Shown: positions 22,155 through 30,529 of the stretch, piece by piece
How the letters are laid out: every line of letters starts with the position of its first letter
Numbering within the stretch: position 1 is the stretch's first letter
DNA from: a virus
Lineage: Duplodnaviria > Heunggongvirae > Uroviricota > Caudoviricetes
Strand: one strand, 5' to 3'
Length of the DNA stretch: 34,066 bases
Virus record (IMG/VR): IMGVR_UViG_2541047909_000004
Span: 1 to 34,066 of that record
Position numbers and translations under genes: made by a program
Notes under the pieces: model-generated
What the model saw: the letters and a program-made list of their open reading frames with translations, nothing else
Database searches by the model: none
Told to the model about the DNA's origin: nothing

Positions 22155-22180
22155 GGGGGCGTTTCCACGCCCCATTTTTA
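22155..22180 (+). terminator. Rho-independent terminator downstream of porin gene
   Basis: GGGGCGT-TTCC-ACGCCCC followed by ATTTTTA. Confidence 0.6.
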
Positions 22181-22205
22181 ATAACTTTTAGTAAACAATT
22201 GCATA

Positions 22206-22589
22206 TCAATTAGAATTATTAGCAACGATATCCATATCTAACCGGATATCTAATGCCATTAACATCCCTTCAATTATGCCCTCAGCCTTCTGTAACCTTT
22301 TCCCGATATAACCATCCGAGCAGCAATGCTTACTTGCCAGTGACATGAATGTCATACCACATACATAATAATCTACTAATAAATCGTGTAAATCGCTGTT
22401 GTTCTTTTTCAGACGGGCCATGCACCCGCAAATGATCATCGCGTCATCGTCACAACAATGCGGGCGAGATTTTACTTTTGAAGGAATTAATCCCTTAAAA
22501 CCGGCGGCAATGGACGACCAGGCCACATCTTCATGATTATTAGCCGCCCACGCTCCCCAACGTTCAAGAACCATCTGAATATCACGCAT
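22206..22589 (-). CDS. Q: Late-gene antiterminator Q (phage 82/QuuD type)
   Basis: [22 protein letters not shown]...[16 protein letters not shown]... Cys-rich Q82-like; position upstream of the lysis genes. Confidence 0.8.
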   Translation of the reverse strand: MRDIQMVLERWGAWAANNHEDVAWSSIAAGFKGLIPSKVKSRPHCCDDDAMIICGCMARLKKNNSDLHDLLVDYYVCGMTFMSLASKHCCSDGYIGKRLQKAEGIIEGMLMALDIRLDMDIVANNSN

Positions 22590-22606
22590 TAACTTTCTCC
22601 ACAAAA

Positions 22607-23602
22607 TCAGGCCAGCACACCAATCGCCAGTGCGCGATCGATAAAACGAAATATCAGCTCCAGCTGGGAGCCATACTTCTCTTCAAATGCCACGGTATCC
22701 GCATGCAGTTCGTCGTGGTGTTTTCTGCACAAAGGCAGCACAAAAAGGTCATGCGCTTTTGTACCCATTCCACCCTGACCATGGCCTATCAGATGATGCG
22801 GATCATCAGCTGGCTTTCCACAACATGCACACGGCTGCGTCTTAACCCAGCGCGTGTACTGTTCATTAACCCAGCGACGACGTTTGGGGCGTAACATAAA
22901 AGACTCCGGCGACTCCGGATCCACTTTCAGCGCCAGCACCTTTTTCGCTTTATCCTGGATAATGCTGGTGGCAGGAACCGAAGGCACAAGGTCACTTTCC
23001 CGGGTGACAGACGGCAAAACAGACTTCGGTAATCTCAGTGCCTTACGGGCTGCGCTTTCCGGTAAGGCATCCGCCAGGTCATTACGAACCAGCCACCAGC
23101 ACAGTTCCGGCATTGTCACGGCATGGTTATCATTAAAATCGAGATCCCGACGGACTACAGACAACACCCAACGGGCACAGTTATCCGTTGCCATTGATTC
23201 CAGCCGCTCCGTGAACTGATCACGTAACTGATTATCGCAGTGCCAGCACAGACGGATTGCGCCCGGCGCGTGTCGCATTGTGGTCATGTTCTCGCTGTGC
23301 CAGTCGGAATGAGGCCACTGGCAGCCTTTTTCACGAAGTAACCAGCTTTCAAGACATTCCACCCCACCAGCACGACGAATCACTGCCTCATTACGGAACA
23401 CGGCCCGAACGGCAGGATCATCCGCCAGCGGTTGTGATGCCGCGGGAACGGCACCACTGGCGAAAGATGAATAATGCTCCGGCTCAGGCTCCAGCAGTAC
23501 ACGCCCCTGCATAAACAGGGGCATCAGCTCTGAACCGGGCCTGAACAATACGATCCCCATACGCGGGGCAATTTCAGGGGTCAATAGTGCTCTCACGGTC
23601 AC
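22607..23602 (-). CDS. DUF968-like protein with Cys/His-rich C-terminal motif (putative HNH-like nuclease)
   Basis: ...[43 protein letters not shown]...; start uncertain (GTG at 23602 or ATG at 23560). Confidence 0.6.
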   Translation of the reverse strand: MTVRALLTPEIAPRMGIVLFRPGSELMPLFMQGRVLLEPEPEHYSSFASGAVPAASQPLADDPAVRAVFRNEAVIRRAGGVECLESWLLREKGCQWPHSDWHSENMTTMRHAPGAIRLCWHCDNQLRDQFTERLESMATDNCARWVLSVVRRDLDFNDNHAVTMPELCWWLVRNDLADALPESAARKALRLPKSVLPSVTRESDLVPSVPATSIIQDKAKKVLALKVDPESPESFMLRPKRRRWVNEQYTRWVKTQPCACCGKPADDPHHLIGHGQGGMGTKAHDLFVLPLCRKHHDELHADTVAFEEKYGSQLELIFRFIDRALAIGVLA

Positions 23603-23603
23603 C

Positions 23604-24401
23604 TCAATGAACGGTATCGAGCAGCTTTAACAGCTCAGGGAATCGGGATTCGAAGAAATGCGGCTGCGTCTCGCGCGGATTTGCGGGACTGGTGATGTTC
23701 TTGCCGAACATGCAGCCTTTCGCTGTCAGCGACCAGAATTTTTTGATGTTGTTAATCGCGGTACGGCTGTATCGTTCGCGCTGCTCGACGATCCCCAGCT
23801 TCACCATCTGGTGATATGCCTGATTAGCTGTCAGGCGGATACCATACTGCTTCAGCAGTGCACTCAGTGACAGCGTGGGACGGCTTGAGCCATCAGGCGC
23901 GTCAGCAGGAGCATCAATGGCATAGCGCGGTGCCAGATTCGGTAAGCCAACAGCCTCCTGGAGTTTCTGACAGGCACCAAGCACTGAAGAGTTAGACAGG
24001 TTTAACTCCCGGCGCATAAAGTCCAGCAGAATCACGCCAGCCTGCATCTTGTCAGCAGCCTGCCCGGATAATTTTTCCGATGCGCTGGTTACCATATCGA
24101 AAGTACGGATCACCTTCAGATGGAATGACGGGCTGATCCACATTGCATAGGCATACACCAGTTCTTTGCAGACATACGTCCCCTGGTTATTTCCGCCACG
24201 AATAACGTTAACTGGCTCTATATTGACCGAGTTGCAAATCTGCAACTCGCTTATTAAACGTTCAGTTTGCTCATTGCGGAGCCAGAATGCAGGCTTATGC
24301 TTATCCAGAGAACCGGCAGCCCTGTGCAGATCGTTCAGGCTGTAACGCCCATAAGCATCACGACGAACTTCAATACCATCAATGACCATCAGATTATTCA
24401 T
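23604..24401 (-). CDS. KilA-N domain protein
   Basis: N-terminal VIDGIEVRRDAYGRYSLNDLHRAAG...KPAFWLRNEQTERLISEL typical of KilA-N; ATG at 24401 with SD GAGGAG. Confidence 0.7.
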   Translation of the reverse strand: MNNLMVIDGIEVRRDAYGRYSLNDLHRAAGSLDKHKPAFWLRNEQTERLISELQICNSVNIEPVNVIRGGNNQGTYVCKELVYAYAMWISPSFHLKVIRTFDMVTSASEKLSGQAADKMQAGVILLDFMRRELNLSNSSVLGACQKLQEAVGLPNLAPRYAIDAPADAPDGSSRPTLSLSALLKQYGIRLTANQAYHQMVKLGIVEQRERYSRTAINNIKKFWSLTAKGCMFGKNITSPANPRETQPHFFESRFPELLKLLDTVH

Positions 24402-24420
24402 ACTTCGTTTCTCCTCTTGA

Positions 24421-24810
24421 TCAGGCGGCTGCACCCGCCGTTTTCTCGTACTTACTGATAGTGATCTCGACCTTCCCTTCCGGGATAACCGGTCCCCACT
24501 CCACCAGCATTCTTTTCACCTGGCTGTCGTCTTCCCACACACCCGCGTGGGTCAGGGCGTCAAACAGCGCCTTGTTATAGTTGTCCAGATCGCGGATCCG
24601 GTTATCCGGAGGAAACAACACGATCTCCACTGAAGCAGGTGCCGACGTTGGTTTCGGCAGACGACGTAACTGCTCAACTATTGCTGTGCACGCCGCACTC
24701 TGGAATTTTCGCCCCGCCGCGCTTATCAGGCTCTTACCAGCAAATGCCACTTTGTTGGGGTGTCGCCAGTAGGTGTTCACGCTGGGTGGAAAAGGCAGAA
24801 TCAGCTTCAT
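24421..24810 (-). CDS. rusA: Holliday junction resolvase RusA
   Basis: MKLILPFPPSVNTYWRH...NRIRDLDNYNKALFDALTHAGVWEDDSQV... RusA family motifs. Confidence 0.85.
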   Translation of the reverse strand: MKLILPFPPSVNTYWRHPNKVAFAGKSLISAAGRKFQSAACTAIVEQLRRLPKPTSAPASVEIVLFPPDNRIRDLDNYNKALFDALTHAGVWEDDSQVKRMLVEWGPVIPEGKVEITISKYEKTAGAAA

Positions 24811-25133
24811 ACTTTCAGCCCCCTCTCATGTAACCAGTGGGCTGCACGCAGCCTGGCGTTTTCCTCACCAGCAAGCAGTGCGCGGATAATCCCGGCCACC
24901 TCGCTGTCGTCGTCCTTCACCGCGGTATGAAGCGTGATGCCCCGGGCCACGCCACGCTTTATCGTGATGACGCCTTTTTTCTCCAGTGCGCGAAGATGCT
25001 CCACCGCTGCATTCACTGAACGGTATCCCAGCATGGTAGCCACCTCCTGATTGGTTGGCGGGAAGCCACGTTCTTTCTGGTAAGAAATCAGCATATCCAG
25101 CACCTGCTGCTGGCATTGAGTTAACGTCGTCAT
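24807..25133 (-). CDS. LexA-N-terminal-like winged-helix DNA-binding protein
   Basis: LTQCQQQVLDMLISYQKERGFPPTNQEVATMLGYRSVNAAVEHLRALEKKGVI parallels the LexA DNA-binding domain; ATG overlaps upstream stop (TAATG). Confidence 0.65.
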   Translation of the reverse strand: MTTLTQCQQQVLDMLISYQKERGFPPTNQEVATMLGYRSVNAAVEHLRALEKKGVITIKRGVARGITLHTAVKDDDSEVAGIIRALLAGEENARLRAAHWLHERGLKV

Positions 25134-25627
25134 TAAGCCCCCACGTAATTCCCTGACAGATACCACTCTTCACCCGATACAGCGCGCTTGCTGCTTTTCC
25201 GTAAACACCGCTCACGACGCGCAAGAAAATTGTTTCGCTCTTGCTGGGAGTGGCTTTCACGGAATGCCGCCATCCACACCGTTGCAGCACGACGGTATAA
25301 GCCCCTGGACTCCAGTTCTTCCGCCTGGCGGGTCAGGCACAAAATCACCCGGGGATCGTTAGTGCCGACATAGAAATTGCGCACAGGTCTGGATTCACGA
25401 ACTGGTTGCGGTTCCGGCTCCTGCGGTATCTCAGTCAGCCGCGGGAAATGTCTGCGTGTATCCCCTTCACAACGGTGAGCCACACGCCCACTCTGACGTA
25501 ACTTGCTTGCTGACTGCAGAACGCGCTGTCGTGAGTAACCTGCAAAAGCATCCGCAATGTCTCCGGAAGTACACCCCGGATGGGCTTCAATGAATTTCTG
25601 AACGTCATTCAAAAGACTCATGATCAC
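25133..25627 (-). CDS. PerC-like regulator (164 aa; CPS-53 YfdN-like)
   Basis: C-terminal ...LESRGLYRRAATVWMAAF... PerC-type motif; assignment by recall. Confidence 0.55.
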   Translation of the reverse strand: MIMSLLNDVQKFIEAHPGCTSGDIADAFAGYSRQRVLQSASKLRQSGRVAHRCEGDTRRHFPRLTEIPQEPEPQPVRESRPVRNFYVGTNDPRVILCLTRQAEELESRGLYRRAATVWMAAFRESHSQQERNNFLARRERCLRKSSKRAVSGEEWYLSGNYVGA

Positions 25628-25992
25628 CCCCTGAATCCTGCCGGGATCTGGCTGTAGTCCACGTTGTCGTAACTGGCTTTGAAGTACGGGTCTTCGCGTT
25701 TTTCGGTGTACGTGCTGACGGACGGCGATAAGCGCAGGGAAAGCTCATCCCATTTTTCCCGCAGCTTCGACGGGCTGAGCACGTTACGGCACCAGAACGG
25801 ATCGCGACTGACGCGGCTGTACATCTCGCAGATTTGTTTATGAGTACGACCATCCTGCACACACATCAGGCGAATTTCGTTTGCCCAGGCTATCCAGTTC
25901 GGTTCTTTGGGACGAACCACCTCGCCGTCACATTCGGCGGCATGCTCGTACAGGGCGATGATTTTTTTCCAGAGCCACTGTGCGCAGGTCAA
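25624..25992 (-). CDS. Probable replication-initiator (O-like) C-terminal remnant (122 aa; CPS-53 YfdO-like)
   Basis: Lies just downstream of an iteron-like array; non-ATG (TTG) start; identification by recall and context. Confidence 0.45.
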   Translation of the reverse strand: MTCAQWLWKKIIALYEHAAECDGEVVRPKEPNWIAWANEIRLMCVQDGRTHKQICEMYSRVSRDPFWCRNVLSPSKLREKWDELSLRLSPSVSTYTEKREDPYFKASYDNVDYSQIPAGFRG

Positions 25993-26109
25993 ATCATCCT
26001 GCGTCCCCCACTGGCGCTTTTTAGGGCTGAATACAACCGCATCAGGATGGCGAGTTAAAAAATCCTGTTCAGCCGTCTGCGTGTCCGGTTGCGAAGCGTC
26101 CGGACGAGA

Positions 26110-26275
26110 AGTTTTTTTATCTGACGGATCATGTTTTGATTTTACTGACGGATCCCCACCAGATTCTGACGGGTGAAAACCCGCTTTTTTGCCAGATTTC
26201 GACGCATCAAATTTTGACGGGTCAGATTTTGATGCGTCAGATTTTGACGGGTCAGAATCTGACAGTTGAGAAAAT
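26110..26275. repeat. Iteron-like array: several direct repeats of TGACGGGTCAGA / TGATGCGTCAGATTT-type units next to an AT-rich stretch (candidate replication origin)
   Basis: About 18-bp periodic units CAGATTTTGACGGGT / CAGATTTTGATGCG between 26200 and 26265 plus CTGACGGATC repeated at 26121 and 26145. Confidence 0.6.
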
Positions 26276-26555
26276 GCCGCTGCCTGAAGCTTCGCAACGT
26301 TAAGCTGATAAACATTCGACGCATTGCGGTTAATCCATCATTTGGATTGGGGTAAATATCAGGACGCAGTTCATGAGGGGTCACGGACCAGTTTCCCAAC
26401 TCACAAAGTTGTAAAACCCGTTCTGACGGGACTTGATTGTTAATTACCCAATTAGCGACGGATTGAGTGGACTTAAAACCAAAGTGACGGGCTACTTCAG
26501 ATAAAGATTTTCCCGCAGCTTTTACTGCTTTCTCTGTGTAGTTTTGAGATGACAT
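26142..26555 (-). CDS. Cro/YdaS-like HTH protein whose ORF extends through the iteron array
   Basis: N-terminal ...LSEVARHFGFKSTQSVANWVINNQVPSERVLQLCELGNWSVTPHELRPDIYP... Cro/YdaS-type HTH; C-terminal tail (LTRQNLTHQNLTRQNL) is encoded by the repeats; SD GAGGAGAAAGG. Confidence 0.65.
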   Translation of the reverse strand: MSSQNYTEKAVKAAGKSLSEVARHFGFKSTQSVANWVINNQVPSERVLQLCELGNWSVTPHELRPDIYPNPNDGLTAMRRMFISLTLRSFRQRHFLNCQILTRQNLTHQNLTRQNLMRRNLAKKRVFTRQNLVGIRQ

Positions 26556-26640
26556 ACCTTTCTCCTCTGAAATTCAGAGGGATGATGCTACTTAAAATAG
26601 CAGAATGCAACTACTTAAAATAGAAATGACTAGCGTATGT
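26556..26640. promoter_or_regulatory. Immunity-region operator/promoter segment between divergent cro-like and cI-like genes
   Basis: Perfect-arm palindrome CCTCTGAA-A-TTCAGAGG at 26564-26580 and two direct copies of CTACTTAAAATAG at 26588-26600 and 26611-26623. Confidence 0.5.
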
Positions 26641-27366
26641 GATGCGAGTAACCTTCTACCTATGGTAGAAGAACAGAAGTATCCAGATTTCGCCAAGAGA
26701 CTAAACGAGCTAATGACAAACAAGGGAATTTCTGTCACCCAACTCAAAAGTCTTGTGGGCGTTACATATGAAATGGCGCGGCGATACACAATCGGCGCTG
26801 CGAAGCCTCGTGCCTCTGTCATGAATAAACTTGCATTGGCTCTGGGGGTATCAGCTTCATATTTAGAATATGGTGTTGGCGAGAGAGAAGGATGTAAGGA
26901 AATGGCAAGCATCCCCAATCCAACAAAACCCGATGTATACAGGATAGAAGTTTTGGATCTTAGCGTTAGCGCAGGACCTGGAACCTATATGCTTTCAGAC
27001 TATGTTGATGTGCTCTACGCCATTGAGTTCACAACAGAGCATGCCCGTTCTCTTTTCGGTAATCGTTCTCAAGATGATATTAAAGTTATGACTGTAAATG
27101 GCGACAGCATGTCCCCTACTCTAGTTTCCGGAGATCGACTGTTTGTCGACATTTCTGTTCGCAACTTCCAAACTGATGGTGTTTACTCTTTCGTTTATGG
27201 TAAGACGTTCCACGTTAAACGTCTACAAATGCAAGGCAACAAACTCGCCGTTCTTTCGGATAATCCAGCCTATGAGAAATGGTACATTGATGAGAAGTCC
27301 CAAGATCAACTTTATGTTATGGGCAAAGCATTGATACACGAATCAATTAAATACAACCGGCTTTAG
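26605..27366 (+). CDS. cI: CI-like prophage repressor (HTH plus S24 LexA-like peptidase domain)
   Basis: C-terminal ...VNGDSMSPTLVSGDRLFVD...FHVKRLQ... Ser/Lys autocleavage module; N-terminal HTH; start uncertain (26605, 26629 or 26662), possibly leaderless. Confidence 0.8.
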   Translation: MQLLKIEMTSVCDASNLLPMVEEQKYPDFAKRLNELMTNKGISVTQLKSLVGVTYEMARRYTIGAAKPRASVMNKLALALGVSASYLEYGVGEREGCKEMASIPNPTKPDVYRIEVLDLSVSAGPGTYMLSDYVDVLYAIEFTTEHARSLFGNRSQDDIKVMTVNGDSMSPTLVSGDRLFVDISVRNFQTDGVYSFVYGKTFHVKRLQMQGNKLAVLSDNPAYEKWYIDEKSQDQLYVMGKALIHESIKYNRL

Positions 27367-27536
27367 TTCTTCGTTTAGACTATAGAACTAAAGGTGAAAA
27401 AATAATATTTATCAAGCAAGTGCTATTACTAATAGTTGTTTTACTCTCTTATTTTTATTAAACATTATCATTAACAATATAAAATAATCACCCAGCGTAA
27501 ATTACAATATGCTGGGGGTCGAAAGGATAGAGAAAT

Positions 27537-28613
27537 ATGACAAAATCAATTTGTTTTTTTAATCATAAAGGTGGGGTAAGTAAAACCACAACAACCTTCA
27601 ATCTTGGATGGGCACTTGCGGATGAAGGCAAGAAAGTATTGATGGTTGACCTTGATTCGCAATGTAATCTAACAGGAATGGTTCTTGGCTATGAAAAGAT
27701 TGATGAGGGTTTAGATTCTTTTTATTCTAGCAGAGATAACTTAACTCTTGGACCTATTGTAGAATATTTGATTAATGGCGGACAACCTGAAGCATACCTT
27801 GAAAAAGAAACGGGAAAATTACACCCTACACTGCATGAAAACCTTCTGCTTCTTCCCGGACATTTAGATGTTTCGGACTTAGATTCACAGATAAGTGTTT
27901 CTCTAAAAATTGCTGCTGGTATTCCTGCTACAAGAAATATACCAGGGAACCTGCCAAAAATATTACAGCTAATCGCCATGAAGAATAATATTGATTACAT
28001 TCTTTATGATCTCAGCCCTAATGTTGGAGGTTTAAATGAAGTAGTTCTCATGTCAAGTGACTATTTTATCGTACCTGTAGCTCCAGACTTTTTTTGCTGG
28101 CAAGCAATTCGCTCTCTCTCAAAAAATATACCTCGCTGGCACAAAGAATTAGCATTATTTAAAGAAAATAATGATGGTAACTCTTCACAATCAATTAAAA
28201 ATGCACCGCAGTTTCTAGGTATGATTCAGCAGAGATACAGGCCGCGTAAAGGAGCACCTGTAAAATCTTTCGAAAAATGGATGGCAGCTATCCGTGATGC
28301 TGTTGATTCGATCTTAGTGCCAAATCTAGAAAAAATTACCTGCATAATTCCACGAGATAAAGTGCAACATGCAATTAACAAAACAACAGTCAGTGGAGAT
28401 TTATCAGCCTATGATCTTGCGCATATTTCCGATTTCAACTCATTAATCGCAATAAGCCAACAACTAGCGACACCTGTTTTCTCCATCAGTGATCAGCAAA
28501 TTCGCGATTCAGGGCAATTTGGGCATGCCTTAAATACAATGAAATCAAGCAGAGACGCCTTTAACGAACAATTTAAAGGGCTGGCTCAACGAGTTCTAGA
28601 ACTTACAAAGTAA
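27537..28613 (+). CDS. ParA/MinD-family ATPase (358 aa, deviant Walker A), low-GC moron in the rexAB-equivalent position
   Basis: FFNHKGGVSKTTTTFNLGWALADEGKKVLMVDLDSQCNLT Walker A; SD AAGGATAG; AT-rich gene and flanks; immediately downstream of cI on the same strand. Confidence 0.8.
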   Translation: MTKSICFFNHKGGVSKTTTTFNLGWALADEGKKVLMVDLDSQCNLTGMVLGYEKIDEGLDSFYSSRDNLTLGPIVEYLINGGQPEAYLEKETGKLHPTLHENLLLLPGHLDVSDLDSQISVSLKIAAGIPATRNIPGNLPKILQLIAMKNNIDYILYDLSPNVGGLNEVVLMSSDYFIVPVAPDFFCWQAIRSLSKNIPRWHKELALFKENNDGNSSQSIKNAPQFLGMIQQRYRPRKGAPVKSFEKWMAAIRDAVDSILVPNLEKITCIIPRDKVQHAINKTTVSGDLSAYDLAHISDFNSLIAISQQLATPVFSISDQQIRDSGQFGHALNTMKSSRDAFNEQFKGLAQRVLELTK

Positions 28614-28620
28614 TGCATGT

Positions 28621-28648
28621 GCCCGGCCGCATAACCGGGCTTTACTCT
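28621..28648 (+). terminator. Rho-independent terminator after ParA-like gene
   Basis: GCCCGG-CCGCATAA-CCGGGC followed by TTTACTCTTCTTTC. Confidence 0.6.
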
Positions 28649-28800
28649 TCTTTCTCCCTGATTAATCTCATAAAAAACTCCCTCCTCATAATTCACTATG
28701 CTCAATACCTACTCCAACTTCGTGCGATATTTTCAGTTTACAGCATAGTAAATCAGCAAAAACATTTAACTTTCAATTAATTATAGAAAAATCATAGACA

Positions 28801-28848
28801 ACAACAAATATCTACTTTTTGTTGTTGATTTTTGCTACTTTAAGTAGC
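28801..28848. promoter_or_regulatory. Candidate left operator/promoter region (inverted repeats sharing the CTACTT half-site)
   Basis: ACAACAAA...TTTGTTGT inverted repeat at 28801-28825 and GCTACTT-TA-AGTAGC at 28834-28848, followed by CATAAT. Confidence 0.4.
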
Positions 28849-29003
28849 AACATAATGTAAGCTATCACGGACAGGCAGGACGCCCACGAAGTAGCCGCCG
28901 GTGGCGTATGAATGACCGGATGATTCGTTAGCAACAAAAAAGCGCCCTACAGGACGCTTAGCTCTTTAACAATCTTAGTATCCCCGTAACAAAAGAGGGT
29001 TCT

Positions 29004-29297
29004 ATGGTCATATTCTGTGCTTACGTTCATCCTAATGGATTTTTTATCAGCACCAACCAACAAGACGAATTCTGGATTCTACTTAGTAAGCAGGTCGGAT
29101 GGGGACGATTCTGTCTAATCCGACCAGAATCAGAATTTACAGAGAATGGAGGGCTTTTTGAATTACGTGAAATACGTCCGGCAGATGGTCAAGCCCCTGA
29201 CCAAGTAATCGAATCGTCAGCTGTTTTATGGCGTCGGCAGGAAGCGTTCGAAGCTGAGAGAGTAATTTCTTCTTATCTTCAGTCGTGGCAGAAGTAG
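29004..29297 (+). CDS. Hypothetical protein (97 aa), first ORF downstream of candidate pL
   Basis: ATG preceded by AAGAGGG; overlaps the convergent 167-aa ORF by 161 bp, so only one may be fully real. Confidence 0.4.
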   Translation: MVIFCAYVHPNGFFISTNQQDEFWILLSKQVGWGRFCLIRPESEFTENGGLFELREIRPADGQAPDQVIESSAVLWRRQEAFEAERVISSYLQSWQK

Positions 29298-29640
29298 AAC
29301 TATTGATGATACGTTCAAGTTCACAGAGAGTCTCATCATGCAATCTTATTGTCATAATCCCAAGAATAGCTTTAAGACCTCCATCATCACGAATGAAATC
29401 AATTCCATCTTTAGTAATTCTTAATTCAGGAATATTTATATTTATGCCATCCAAGTAATAATCAAGAGCATTCTTAATCAAGCCATGTTCTTCGAGATAA
29501 ATTAAGTTCGAAATTAGGACATTATCATCTCCAAATGCGTCACGAACAGACTGCAACGCATCATCAGAAATTTCATAAGGATGAGCATCATACAGTATTT
29601 GTAACAACTGCCTTTGTGCACTTCTATCAAATTTGTCCAT
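29137..29640 (-). CDS. Hypothetical protein (167 aa), AT-rich, opposite strand to the early operon
   Basis: Long ORF with protein-like composition (MDKFDRSAQRQLLQILYDAHPYEISDD...); weak SD; no recognisable motif. Confidence 0.5.
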   Translation of the reverse strand: MDKFDRSAQRQLLQILYDAHPYEISDDALQSVRDAFGDDNVLISNLIYLEEHGLIKNALDYYLDGININIPELRITKDGIDFIRDDGGLKAILGIMTIRLHDETLCELERIINSSTSATTEDKKKLLSQLRTLPADAIKQLTIRLLGQGLDHLPDVFHVIQKALHSL

Positions 29641-29699
29641 CTTAAATAATCACCATGTTATTGGGGGTATCAAGATTAACCGAATCCTTGTTGTTGGGG

Positions 29700-30070
29700 A
29701 ATAACCAGGTCCACCTCGCCTGATGTGGCTAAAAGCAGGCACATAACAGCTAAGTATTTTCAACCAGAGAGAATCCTTAGCGTTGTGGTGAATGCGGCTC
29801 AGCGCACGCGGGTTAAGGTTGAGGCTGACAGTCGACCTTCTGTGGATACCCACCCGCCTGGTGTGCAACCTTCGCCAGGCACCGGGAGGCACCCGGCACC
29901 ACAACAGCCACTGCTTTGGCGGTACCAGTTTGTACACTTGCTTCCGGCTGGCACCGCTCTTTTTACAAAACAGAGAAGAGCATCACCGGACGACGGGCTC
30001 ATAACCCAATCCATCCGGGCGGCTGCCACCGCAGGTGTTCTTCTCTGTTTTGTGGAGAAACCAACCGACC
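29700..30070. other. GC-rich, ORF-poor island with extensive dyad symmetry (candidate structured ncRNA or cis element)
   Basis: 15-bp perfect long-range inverted repeat ACAAAACAGAGAAGA (29965-29979) / TCTTCTCTGTTTTGT (30039-30053); several local GC hairpins; short ORFs in all six frames. Confidence 0.4.
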
Positions 30071-30101
30071 TTGCAGGGTCGATATGATGAGGAGCAGCAA
30101 A

Positions 30102-30464
30102 ATGGCTAGCGAACGCAGTACTGATGTGCAGGCATTTATCGGGGAGCTGGACGGCGGCGTATTTGAAACCAAAATCGGCGCAGTTCTCAGTGAGGTCGCT
30201 TCCGGTGTGATGAACACGAAAACCAAAGGGAAGGTCTCACTCAATCTGGAAATCGAACCGTTTGATGAGAACCGTGTGAAAATCAAACACAAACTCTCAT
30301 ATGTTCGCCCAACTAACCGCGGGAAAATTTCCGAAGAAGACACCACCGAAACGCCGATGTATGTCAATCGCGGTGGTCGCCTGACTATTCTGCAGGAAGA
30401 CCAGGGACAATTACTGACTCTTGCCGGTGAACCTGACGGAAAACTCCGCGCAGCAGGTCGTTAA
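30102..30464 (+). CDS. Hypothetical early protein (120 aa; CPS-53 YfdP-like)
   Basis: ATG at 30102 with SD GAGGAG; MASERSTDVQAFIGELDGGVFETKIG... Confidence 0.6.
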   Translation: MASERSTDVQAFIGELDGGVFETKIGAVLSEVASGVMNTKTKGKVSLNLEIEPFDENRVKIKHKLSYVRPTNRGKISEEDTTETPMYVNRGGRLTILQEDQGQLLTLAGEPDGKLRAAGR

Positions 30465-30529
30465 TATCGTTCGTAATAAACTGATTATTTATCTCATCAC
30501 TGAATATCTTTATATAGTGAGGACTTATT

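Noticed and set aside
26592-26918. 108-aa minus-strand ORF antisense to the cI-like gene
   Set aside because: Fully contained within the opposite strand of a well-supported repressor gene; no SD
29700-30070. Retron msr/msd ncRNA
   Set aside because: Flanking inverted repeats resemble retron a1/a2, but no reverse-transcriptase ORF is adjacent on either strand; kept only as an unexplained structured island
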